A program made the position numbers and the translations under genes. From NCBI GenBank assembly GCA_963668565.2, contig CAXXMX010000009.1:9301-73300 (forward strand): a DNA stretch of 64,000 nucleotides, read 5' to 3'. Each line of letters starts with the position of its first letter. Within the stretch, counting starts at the first letter, position 1. Under the pieces are notes generated by a model. That model searched no databases and was not told the origin of the DNA. It saw only the letters and a list, made by a program, of their open reading frames with translations. Origin of the DNA: Acidimicrobiales bacterium (GTDB taxonomy: Bacteria; Actinomycetota; Acidimicrobiia; Acidimicrobiales; CATQHL01). Of this stretch, positions 45,301-52,906 are shown piece after piece.

Positions 45301-48300
45301 ATGACCGCGCTCGGATCCTCTGGATCGGTCGCCGTATAGGCCGCCAGGATCCGGTCGGTGGCCTGGTTCTCGGCGAACGACAAGCTCTGCACGCCCGCCA
45401 CCACCGGCCCCTCATTCACGTCGCTGACCGTGACGGTGACCTCCACGCTGTCAGTGAGGCTCTGGTCGTCGGTGGCCACCACGGTGACCTCATAGACGTT
45501 GTCCCGGTCAGCGTCGGCGGGGTTCTCAAAGTCCGGCGGGCTGGAAAACGTCAGAACACCCCGCCCGCGGCTATCGACGGTGATCGTGAAGTCATCCCCG
45601 TCCGCTCCCCCCGGCGACCAACTGATCGTGCCCCGCTCGGGATCGGCGGCGCTGAACGTGTAAATCGTCGCGGTGCCGTTCTCCCGATACGTGAACGAGG
45701 TGGTGCCGGTGATCACCGGCACCTCGTTGACGTCCTCGACGGTGACGGTCACCTCCAGGTAGCCGTAGTTCCGCCCATCCGACGCCCGCACCGAGAAGTC
45801 ATAGACGTTGTCGCGCCCCGAGTCCGCCGGCGCCTCGAAATCCGGCACATTCCTAAACGACAACTCGCCGCCCCCGCTGACCGTGAAATCGCCCGCATCA
45901 GAACCCGACAAACTCCACCGAGAGATGACCGCGCTCGGATCCTCGGGATCAGTCGCCGCATAAGTCGCCAAGATCCGGTCGGTGGCCTGGTTCTCAACGA
46001 ACGACAAGCTCTGCGAGCCCGAAACCACCGGCCCCTCATTCACGTCGCTGACCGTGACCACCACGTCCAGGGTGTCTGTGAGGCTCTGGTCGTCGGTGGC
46101 CACCACCGTGAACTCATAGACGTTGTTCCCGCCGGCGTCGGCCGGGCTCTCAAAATCAGGCGGGCTGCGGAAGGTCAACACGCCGCTGGAACTGATCGCG
46201 AAGGCATGGCTGTCGGGGCCCGTGACCATCCAACTGACGGGCCTGCCCTGGGGGTCCCGCGCCCGGAAGGTGTACACGGCGCCCGTTCCGTTCTCCCGGT
46301 ACGGCGACGGGTTGCTCGTGGTCGTGATGGTGGGCTCCTCCGGGCCCGCGGAGTTGGTGACGGTGACCGTCACCTCCAGGGTCGCAAGGTTGGGGCCGTC
46401 GTCTCGGGCCTCCACCGTTACCAGGTAGTCGTTGTCCTGGTTGGCGTCCGCCGGATTCTCAAAGTCGGGGATGTTGACGAAGGTCAACACGCCCGTCTCG
46501 CTGATTTCGAAGTCGTCGCTATCTGTCCACGAGACCGACCAGGTAACAGCGTCGCGCTCGGGGTCCGTGGCGCGGTAGGTGGCCACCGCCCGGACACCGT
46601 TCTCGGGGAACGCCGGAGCTTCGTCACCCGTTATCGTGGGCGCCTCGTTGACGTCACGCACGCTGATCGTGACGTCCAGGGTGCCCCGGAGCCCGCCTTC
46701 CTCGGTGGCGATCACCGTCGCCAGGTACTCGTTGTTGCCGCCGGAGTCCGCCGGTCGCTCGTAGTCGGGCGGGTTCTTGAAGGTGACCACGCCCGCGTCG
46801 CTGATTTCGAAGTCACCCCGGTCCGTCCCGCCGAGGCTCCAGGTGATGTTGGTCGTGGCGCCCTCAGGGTCGTCGGCGGTATAAGAGGCGACGTCGCCGG
46901 TGCCGTTCTCGTCGTAGTCGTCAACGGTGGCGGCCCCGGTGATCACCGGCGGCTCGTCAACGTCGTTCACGGTGACCGTCACGCTGATGGTGTCGTCGAT
47001 CGTCGTGTCCGAGTTGCCGTAGATGTCCTTCCCGTCGTGTACTGACATCGTGAAGGAGTAGCTGTCGCGGGACTCGTGGTCGAGTGCCGCCTTGGTACGC
47101 AACTGGCCGCTCGACGCGACCACGTCAAACAAGGCAGCGTCCGCACCGGAGATCGAGTAGGTGAGCCTGTCGCTGTCCGCATCGGTGGCCGCGACCGGCG
47201 TCCCGATGTTGCGGTTCGCGGGCGTGTTCTCATCCACACTGCGGACACCGTCCTCGCCGGAGGGAAACTCCGGCGGGCTATTGGCGCTCCGGGTAATAGA
47301 AACCGTGGCCCTGTTATTTCCGCCGGCATAGTTGCCGAGTGTGTCTTTGAGCGGGGGATGGGTACTGCGCGGCACGCCGTAGTCGACTCTGAGCTGGTCG
47401 GTCGCCTTGATGTCCGAATACAGCGTCAAAGTCACCACCCTGCCAGCGACGGAGATCGTTCTGATACGGATGATAAGGCGATTCGTTCCGGCGCTCGTAT
47501 ATCGGACCGTGAACCCCCTACCGAACCGAGTGGGCACGGAGTCTTCGTCTAGAGCCTCGTCCCAGGTCAGCGTCACGTGGTTGCCGTTCGCCAACGCGCC
47601 CGCGGAGACCAAGGTCGGGCGAACGGCGTCAACGAGGTGCCCGCTTTGAGCGCCGAGAACGACACGAGCGGGAGCCACACCCTTGGTGGAAGCGTAGCGG
47701 ACCAGGCCCTGGGCGGTTGATATGGCGCCGTCTGGGACGCTGATTCCGACGGTATCGGCCTCGCCTTCGGTCAATGCGTAGCGGAACACCAGCGAGGTCG
47801 TGCCCGAACCGCTGCGGTATGTCGCGTGTCGTGTCTGTCCCCCGATCAGCAGTGCGAGTTCCGGCCTGCCGCTCACCACCACGTTCTCGCCGAAGGTCAC
47901 CGTTGCCTCGATCACGTCCTGTCTGCCGCGCCAGTTGCCCCAGATGTAGGTCATGTCCGTGCCGGGATCTGAGGTGATCGCGACTTGAGTTGTGTCGTTT
48001 CGAACCTCCTGGCCCGAAAAGTCGGAGGCGTTGTTCGTGGCGGAGTCCTTGAGCGGGTTCGCTCCGGACCCGGTCGGCGCCGAGTAGCCGACCGTCACCG
48101 TGTCGCTCGCGTTGACGGCCGGCGCCAATGAGAGCGTGACGACATTGCCTAGGACTGATACTTCGTCGATCCCGCGGCTCACGCCGCCAACGTTCACAGT
48201 GAACGCGGTCGATGCCGGTTCCGAGGATGCATCAAGCGCCTCGTTCCAAGTCAACCGCAGCGTTGCCCTATCAACCGTTGCTGCCGACAGCGTCGGCGCG

Positions 48301-49916
48301 GTCGTGTCGGTCGCGGTCGGTGTTGCCGTTGTCTCTGCTGCTGCGCCGTCACCGTTATCGTTGTAGGCCAGCACTCGAAGCGTGTGACTCTCGTCGTTGG
48401 TCAATCCGCTGATCGTTCGCCGCAGATCTGTGAGGTTCGTGACCAACGCCTCCCTCGAGGAGCTGTAGTCTTGAGTGCCGGATTTCCACTGGACCTTGTA
48501 TCCCGAAATCGGTGATCCGCCGTCGTCGGGCGGCTCCTGCCAGGACACGGCTAGCTTCCCGGCGCCAACGGCGGTGGCCCCCACGTCTGCGGGCGCCTCG
48601 GGGACGCAGCCGCCGTCGTTCCAAGGATTGCGCGTCACGCCGTCTGCGAACGCCGACTCGGTCGCCTTGGAGTCGTCGCAATAGCCGCCGAACGCGTCCC
48701 GCAGCTGGTAGACGACGGCCCTCTGCCTCTCGAGGCCCGAGAGCACCTTCACATCGGCCCAGACTCGTACCAGATCAGGATCCCCGACGGAGTCGTTGTA
48801 GGTATCGGCGAACCAGGACGGCATCTGTCCTGTGGCCGCGCTCCCGAGCACGGCGAGAGCTTGCTCGGTAGCGGTGTCGGCGGCGGAGCATTGCCGCCAA
48901 TAGCGGCTCGGATCCCGTCCCCCGTCCCCGAGAGTGAGAATCAGCAGCCCGTCGGCGTATAACTCAATAGCATTGCAGGCTGATCCAGGTCCCTCTCGAC
49001 CGTCCGGGGAGACCAAGGCAAGGAAGTAGAGATGAGCGATCCCCACCGGAGCGGGCGTCGAGGCCACGTCGTTCACCAGCGTATAGACATGCGCCAGCTC
49101 ATGAATGATCACATCAATCACGTGGGGGTCGAACCTACCGACAATGATCCCCCACCCATCGCAGCGCCACAGGTCCGAATCCACCAGATAGTCCGGTGAT
49201 GTGCACCCACCGCTGTAGCGACCGCCTGCCGCCACGCCAAAATTCACAAAAGCGTCTTGGGCTGTCATGTAGTCCCATGTTTCGCGCAGCCAGGGAAACG
49301 AACTCTCAAGAATCTCGACAACCTCGTTCTCGACGAACTCCCGCGACTGGCCGGGGGTCGACTGCGGCGTTCCCGTCGCCTCCCCAGAGGCGTCGCTGCC
49401 CCCGTTGGCGTTCGCGGCGATGACCCGCACCGTGTACTCGGTGCCGTCAGTCAGCCCCGTGAGGACGGCCTTGTACCGGTCGCCGGCCGAGGTCGACTGC
49501 GCGCTTTCGATGCTCGTCGCCGGATCGCTCGATAGCTGCCGGGACGAGTCGAACTCCTCGCTTCCCGATTTCCACTGGACCTTGAACGACGTGGTCGACG
49601 CGTCCGACGACGACCAGCGCACCTCCAGCTTCTCGCTCTCGACGCTGTAGACCGCCACCGCCGTCGGCGCATCGGGACCCAGAGACTGGGCGAACGCCAC
49701 GGGGCTGATCACCAAGACAGCGACAACGGACCCCAACAACACAAGCGCGAAGACAACACCACCCCACAGCAACTGAGGTGCTTCTGAGTAAATGTCCGTT
49801 TTTGGGGGTTTGATTACGCCGCATTGGGCGGGTGTGTTCATGGCTGGTTTGGTTTGTTGTTGAGGCTTCGCGAAAACGTGGGTTTTGGGTCTGTTGGTGT
49901 CGGTTGGGTGCATCAT
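42300..49916 (-). CDS. giant cadherin-repeat protein, fragment 1 (N-terminal 2,47x residues are in the authentic frame; the tail is out of frame after about 42495)
   Basis: 2,538-aa ORF. Real sequence ends at ...TFSAADPEG and is followed by Arg/Pro-rich frameshift read-through. An alternative start is ATG 49841 (MNTPAQCGV...). Confidence 0.8.
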   Translation of the reverse strand: MMHPTDTNRPKTHVFAKPQQQTKPAMNTPAQCGVIKPPKTDIYSEAPQLLWGGVVFALVLLGSVVAVLVISPVAFAQSLGPDAPTAVAVYSVESEKLEVRWSSSDASTTSFKVQWKSGSEEFDSSRQLSSDPATSIESAQSTSAGDRYKAVLTGLTDGTEYTVRVIAANANGGSDASGEATGTPQSTPGQSREFVENEVVEILESSFPWLRETWDYMTAQDAFVNFGVAAGGRYSGGCTSPDYLVDSDLWRCDGWGIIVGRFDPHVIDVIIHELAHVYTLVNDVASTPAPVGIAHLYFLALVSPDGREGPGSACNAIELYADGLLILTLGDGGRDPSRYWRQCSAADTATEQALAVLGSAATGQMPSWFADTYNDSVGDPDLVRVWADVKVLSGLERQRAVVYQLRDAFGGYCDDSKATESAFADGVTRNPWNDGGCVPEAPADVGATAVGAGKLAVSWQEPPDDGGSPISGYKVQWKSGTQDYSSSREALVTNLTDLRRTISGLTNDESHTLRVLAYNDNGDGAAAETTATPTATDTTAPTLSAATVDRATLRLTWNEALDASSEPASTAFTVNVGGVSRGIDEVSVLGNVVTLSLAPAVNASDTVTVGYSAPTGSGANPLKDSATNNASDFSGQEVRNDTTQVAITSDPGTDMTYIWGNWRGRQDVIEATVTFGENVVVSGRPELALLIGGQTRHATYRSGSGTTSLVFRYALTEGEADTVGISVPDGAISTAQGLVRYASTKGVAPARVVLGAQSGHLVDAVRPTLVSAGALANGNHVTLTWDEALDEDSVPTRFGRGFTVRYTSAGTNRLIIRIRTISVAGRVVTLTLYSDIKATDQLRVDYGVPRSTHPPLKDTLGNYAGGNNRATVSITRSANSPPEFPSGEDGVRSVDENTPANRNIGTPVAATDADSDRLTYSISGADAALFDVVASSGQLRTKAALDHESRDSYSFTMSVHDGKDIYGNSDTTIDDTISVTVTVNDVDEPPVITGAATVDDYDENGTGDVASYTADDPEGATTNITWSLGGTDRGDFEISDAGVVTFKNPPDYERPADSGGNNEYLATVIATEEGGLRGTLDVTISVRDVNEAPTITGDEAPAFPENGVRAVATYRATDPERDAVTWSVSWTDSDDFEISETGVLTFVNIPDFENPADANQDNDYLVTVEARDDGPNLATLEVTVTVTNSAGPEEPTITTTSNPSPYRENGTGAVYTFRARDPQGRPVSWMVTGPDSHAFAISSSGVLTFRSPPDFESPADAGGNNVYEFTVVATDDQSLTDTLDVVVTVSDVNEGPVVSGSQSLSFVENQATDRILATYAATDPEDPSAVISRWSLSGSDAGDFTVSGGGELSFRNVPDFEAPADSGRDNVYDFSVRASDGRNYGYLEVTVTVEDVNEVPVITGTTSFTYRENGTATIYTFSAADPERGTISWSPGGADGDDFTITVDSRGRGVLTFSSPPDFENPADADRDNVYEVTVVATDDQSLTDSVEVTVTVSDVNEGPVVAGVQSLSFAENQATDRILAAYTATDPEDPSAVISRWSLSGSDAGDFTVSGGGELSFRNVPDFEAPADSGRDNVYDFSVRASDGRNYGYLEVTVTVEDVNEAPVITGTTSFTYRENGTATIYTFSAADPEGGTISWSPGGADGDDFTITVDSRGRGVLTFASPPDFENPADADRDNVYEVTVVATDDQSLTDSVEVTVTVSDVNEGPVVAGVQSLSFAENQATDRILATYSATDPEDPGTPITRWSLSGSDAGDFTVSGGGELSFRNVPDFEAPADSGRDNVYDFSVRASDGRNYGYLEVTVTVEDVNEAPVITTTSRTSFSYRESGTATIYTFSAADPERGTISWSPGGADGDDFTITADSRGRGVLAFSSPPDFENPTDADQDNVYEVTVVARDSEGNRAELQVEVTVVDQNEGPVVSGSQSLSFVENQATDRILAAYTATDLEDPGAVISRWSLSGSDAGDFAISGGGELSFRNVPDFEAPADSGRDNVYDFSVRASDGRNYGYLEVTVTVEDVNEAPLVTGTTSFTYRENGTATIYTFSAADPERGTISWSPGGADGDDFTITVDSRGRGVLTFSSPPDFENPTDADRDNVYEVTVEARDDAFNSGTLEVTVTVTGQNEGPEVSGVQSLSFAENQATDRILATYTATDPEDPSAVISRWSLSGSDAGDFTVSEGGELSFRNVPDYERPADSGRDNVYDFSVRASDGRNYGYLEVTVTVEDINEAPVITTTSRTSFTYRENGTATIYTFRATDPERGTISWSPGGADGDDFTITVDSRGRGVLTFASPPDFENPTDADRDNVYEVTVEARDDAFNAGTREVTVTVSDVNEGPVVSGVQSLSFAENQATDRILATYSATDPEDPGTPITRWSLSGSDAGDFTVSGGGELSFRNVPDFEAPADSGRDNVYDFSVRASDGRNYGYLEVTVTVEDLNEAPVITTTSRTSFTYRENGTATIYTFSAADPEGARSVGRRGERTGMTSLSPSIAAGGVFWRFPARRTLRTPPTLTGTTFMRSPWWLATAKATAPSCR

Positions 49917-49919
49917 GTC

Positions 49920-51465
49920 ACGAGGAGTGCGCGGGCGGCGAAGTTGTGGGGGTTGGTGAAGCCGTGGGCGGTGCGGCGTAGGACTTGGAGGAGGTTGATG
50001 CTCCTATGTTTGTCAACTCGCGATCTGTGCGAGGTATCGCTGGTAGCGTTCTGCGAGGTCGCGGTTGTGGATGGCGCCTCTTTCGAGTGCGGATATCCGG
50101 GTGGGTGCGGCTCCGAGGGCTTGGGCTGTCTGGTTGATGGTGAGCCGTCGTTGGGTGCGCTGGCGGCGAAGGTCGGCTCCGTGGACGACGTCGGGCGGGT
50201 CGGTGATCAGCTTGTAGACCTCGCGTGCGATGTGGCGCTTGAGGCAGCGGAGTATCTCGCGGCGGGTCTTGCCCTGGGCGGTGAGGCGAGCGGCGTAGGC
50301 GATGCTGCGCTCGTCGAAGCGCAGGCGGACCATCGCGATGCGCCACAGGGCGTTGTTGGCGCGTCGGTTGCCGCCGCGGTTGAGTCGGTGGCGCACCGTT
50401 CGGCCTGAGGACGCCTCAACGGGGCTGGTGCCGCACAGGGCGGCGAAGGACGCCTCGCTGTGCATCCGCTCGGGGTTGTCCCCGGCGGCGACGAGCAGCG
50501 AGGCTGCGGTCTCGGCGCCGACGCCGCAGGCGCTGAGCAGCGCCGGGTTGGCTCGCTCGCACAGGCGGCGCAGCTCGGTGTCGAGGTGCTTGATCTCCGC
50601 GGTGAGCGCCTGGTGGCGGCGGGCCAGACAGCGCAGCGCCTGCTTGGCCGCTGCAAGGACGGGATCGCAGCCCGCGCCGGGCCGCATCCGGGCGCAGGCC
50701 TCGACGGTGCGGGCCGTGTTCAGTGCCCGCAGCCGGTCTTTGACCTGCTCGGGCGCGGTAACGACGACGGCGCCGATCTGGTTGGCGGCGACGGTGCGGG
50801 CCTTGACAGCGGAGCGCCGCGCCACAGACAGCACCCTGATCGCCTCGACGCACCCGTCGGCGCTCTTGGGCACCACAGCGGCAGAGCCGCTGAGCGCAGC
50901 CAGCGCCGCGGCGTGCGCGTCGACGGTGTCGGTCTTGCCGCGGCGGCGGCGCAGTTGGCGGTTCGGGCGGTTCACGTCCACGACGTCTACGCCGGCCTGA
51001 GCGAGGCACCGGGCGAGACCCGCTCCATAGGAGCCGGTGCCCTCCACGCCGACGCGCTCGACGCTGCCGCAGCCGCGGAGCCATCCCAGCAGCTCCGCGT
51101 AGCCGGCGGCGTCCGCGCCGAACGCGGCCGTGCCCAAGACCCGTCCGGCGCCGTCGACAGCGGCGGCGACATGGGTGTGCTTGTGTGTGTCGACCCCGCC
51201 GAAGACGCCGGGGCGGTGTTGCTGTGTCAAGATGGTGATGCCTCCTTGTGGTCATCTCACTGTCGGGGGCGCCACCGGCCGCGACGGCGGACAGAACACT
51301 CACGGTGCGGTTTGCAAAGGCTCCTATCGGGTCACATCCATCGGGCCGGTCGGTGCGCGCCCCGCCGACCGGAGCGGGCCGACAGATCAACCTGAAGACA
51401 CAAGGCCAGTTGGTGCCTGGGTCAGACCCGCTCCTGCCGGCAGGGCCCAACCATTATGAGTGTTG
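49920..51465 (-). mobile_element. IS110-family insertion sequence (boundaries approximate), inserted into an ISL3 transposase gene and abutting the giant gene start
   Basis: Contains the IS110 transposase ORF. The upstream boundary is inferred from where ISL3 transposase similarity stops (about 51465). The downstream boundary must lie in the 96 bp between 49917 and 50012. Confidence 0.6.
50013..51230 (-). CDS. IS110-family transposase (DEDD recombinase) with a C-terminal XRE-like HTH tail
   Basis: 405 aa. N-terminal GGVDTHKHTHVAAAVD (DEDD_Tnp_IS110 pattern), Transposase_20-like region ending ...LKRHIAREVYKLI, then about 55 extra residues: LRRQRTQRRLTINQTAQALGAAPTRISALERGAIHNRDLAERYQRYL. Confidence 0.85.
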   Translation of the reverse strand: MTQQHRPGVFGGVDTHKHTHVAAAVDGAGRVLGTAAFGADAAGYAELLGWLRGCGSVERVGVEGTGSYGAGLARCLAQAGVDVVDVNRPNRQLRRRRGKTDTVDAHAAALAALSGSAAVVPKSADGCVEAIRVLSVARRSAVKARTVAANQIGAVVVTAPEQVKDRLRALNTARTVEACARMRPGAGCDPVLAAAKQALRCLARRHQALTAEIKHLDTELRRLCERANPALLSACGVGAETAASLLVAAGDNPERMHSEASFAALCGTSPVEASSGRTVRHRLNRGGNRRANNALWRIAMVRLRFDERSIAYAARLTAQGKTRREILRCLKRHIAREVYKLITDPPDVVHGADLRRQRTQRRLTINQTAQALGAAPTRISALERGAIHNRDLAERYQRYLAQIAS

Positions 51466-52523
51466 GTGCCTTGGAGGTCGTCGACGAGCTCGGTGGCGTA
51501 GGTGGCGGCGAGTTGGGGGCAGTCGATGTCGTAGAGGCCGCGGAGGGTCTCCTTGGCGTGCCACGCCAGGCGGACCTCGCCGTGGGGGTCGCCGGCGGCG
51601 AGCAGGCCGCGGAGTTTCGCCTCGCCGCGTTCGCTGAGGCGTTCGTGGGCGGAAATGAGTAGCCGCCGCGCCCGATACAGCGGGTCGTCCTTGCGCCCCC
51701 GAGCGCCGAGCGTGTCGTTCTGGGTGCGCCGTCGCACCTCGTCGATGCAGCTGTTGGCCAAGCGGACGACATGGAACGGGTCAGCGACCTGGCCGGCGTG
51801 GGGCAGCGCCACGTCGAAGGCGCGCCGGTACGCCCCGGAGAGGTCCAGCACCCCCCAGTCGATGCCCCCGCGCCACGCCTCGGGTTGCGCGAGCAGCCAC
51901 GCGATGGGGCGCTCGGCGTCGCGACCAGGGACAATGTCGAGCAGCTGGCCCCGGTGCACGTCCACGATCGACGTGCACCAGTTCCGGGTGCGCCACCGTC
52001 CGGCGCGCCCGAACAGGGTCTCATCGAGACCCAGCGCCTCCACCGCTCCCACACGGTCGGCGTCGGCGGCCAACAGCGCCTCGCCCCAGGCGAGCACCGC
52101 CCGGTTCACCGTGTGCCAGTCACAACCCAACTCGGCTGCCACATCGGCGACCGGGCGGGCGTCGCGGCCCACCGCCATCGTCGCCCAGCGTCCCGCCCGC
52201 GCCGTCAACGCCGCGCGGGCCGGCGCGATCTGTTCATCGACCTCGGTGAACGAACCCACCGGACACCCCGCATCGACACAGCACCAGCGGTGCTTGTGCC
52301 ACACGAGGCGCACCGGGCGCCCGAACACCGCCAGATCCACCAACCCCACCGGGCTGGCGCCCTTGGACCACACCGACCCGCCGCAGCCACCACACGGCGG
52401 CCGCGGCGCCCCGCTGCGGATGTGCACCCCCAACGGCCCGCCGGGCGCATCATCGACGCCGAGGACCTCCACATCACCGAGACCGACGATCAACTCACAG
52501 ATACGCGTAGGGTTCTCCTCCAC
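51387..52523 (-). CDS. ISL3-family transposase, C-terminally truncated (about 350 authentic residues, then read-through into IS110 sequence)
   Basis: 378-aa ORF. N-terminal zinc-finger region CGGCGG...WCCVDAGCPVGSFTE, an HTH region and a DDE core (LGLDETLF...). Lacks the conserved C-terminal part of ISL3 transposases. The left IR ggctcttcggaaatg is the complement of 52605-52619. Confidence 0.8.
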   Translation of the reverse strand: MEENPTRICELIVGLGDVEVLGVDDAPGGPLGVHIRSGAPRPPCGGCGGSVWSKGASPVGLVDLAVFGRPVRLVWHKHRWCCVDAGCPVGSFTEVDEQIAPARAALTARAGRWATMAVGRDARPVADVAAELGCDWHTVNRAVLAWGEALLAADADRVGAVEALGLDETLFGRAGRWRTRNWCTSIVDVHRGQLLDIVPGRDAERPIAWLLAQPEAWRGGIDWGVLDLSGAYRRAFDVALPHAGQVADPFHVVRLANSCIDEVRRRTQNDTLGARGRKDDPLYRARRLLISAHERLSERGEAKLRGLLAAGDPHGEVRLAWHAKETLRGLYDIDCPQLAATYATELVDDLQGTNTHNGWALPAGAGLTQAPTGLVSSG

Positions 52524-52906
52524 CGGGGGCCTCCTCGGAATCGGCGTGCGTCACACCCGATTCTGGGGGCCCCCAACCCCGCAATCGCGGACCCAGTGCC
52601 CGCTCATTTCCGAAGAGCCGCAAATTATCCGAAGATTGGAGCATGGGCCACGCATCCGGGTGCGGAAGGTCGCACGCTGCGGCCGGTCGCGGGGGCGATT
52701 GGCGACGGTGACGGTGACCCCCGCCGGATCAGCCGTTCGTCGTTGTCGCTGCCAGCCGGTAGTTGAAACCGCTAGCTCGGGAACCACCCTGCACCTCGAC
52801 CGCCGAACATCCCAACCGGTCGGCGGATGCAGGCCTCGGTCGAATCACCGCGACGTGCGATTGCTGCGGACGCCCTGATCACGCGAACCCGTCGGTGCGT
52901 CGGGGC

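Larger units (their letters stand above)
35700..46050 (-). repeat. about 16 tandem coding units of 624-630 bp (two cadherin-like domains each) with very high unit-to-unit identity
   Basis: Alternate-frame shadow ORFs (MRGRWWRACRACRSPRTRPP...) recur at 40097, 40727, 41357, 41988, 42617, 43871, 44501, 45125 and 45749, with spacings of 630, 630, 631, 629, 2x627, 630, 624 and 624. Long strings such as ccgtagttccgcccatccgacgcccgcaccgagaagtcatagacgttgtcgcgccccgagtccgccgg recur verbatim. Confidence 0.9.
35344..49916 (-). pseudogene. giant secreted cadherin-repeat protein. 14,573 bp, giving 4,856 aa if four 1-bp indels are repaired; disrupted and 3'-truncated as sequenced
   Basis: Five consecutive minus-strand ORFs share one repeat architecture and differ only in frame. 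N-terminus: TM/signal, FN3, an HExxH-containing region, FN3, Ig-like SwmB-type domains. About 38 cadherin-like domains follow, with linkers DVNEAP/DVNEGP/DINEAP. Frame arithmetic across the junctions is consistent with -1, +1, +1, +1 indels. Confidence 0.8.

Noticed and set aside
36336-46039. Periodic 96-99-aa ORFs (MRGRWWRACRACRSPRTRPPTGSWRPIR...) and long plus-strand ORFs (36037..37206, 37297..37917, 37970..38692, 41689..42525, 46206..47045) inside the repeat array
   Set aside because: They recur once per 624-630-bp unit only because the underlying cadherin repeat recurs. Composition is Arg/Cys/Pro junk and they overlap the convincing frame.
35700-46050. Whether the highly periodic region could be a CRISPR array or non-coding satellite
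   Set aside because: The period is about 630 bp, not 25-40-bp repeats with unique spacers. The whole array is one continuous protein-coding frame apart from four 1-bp indels.
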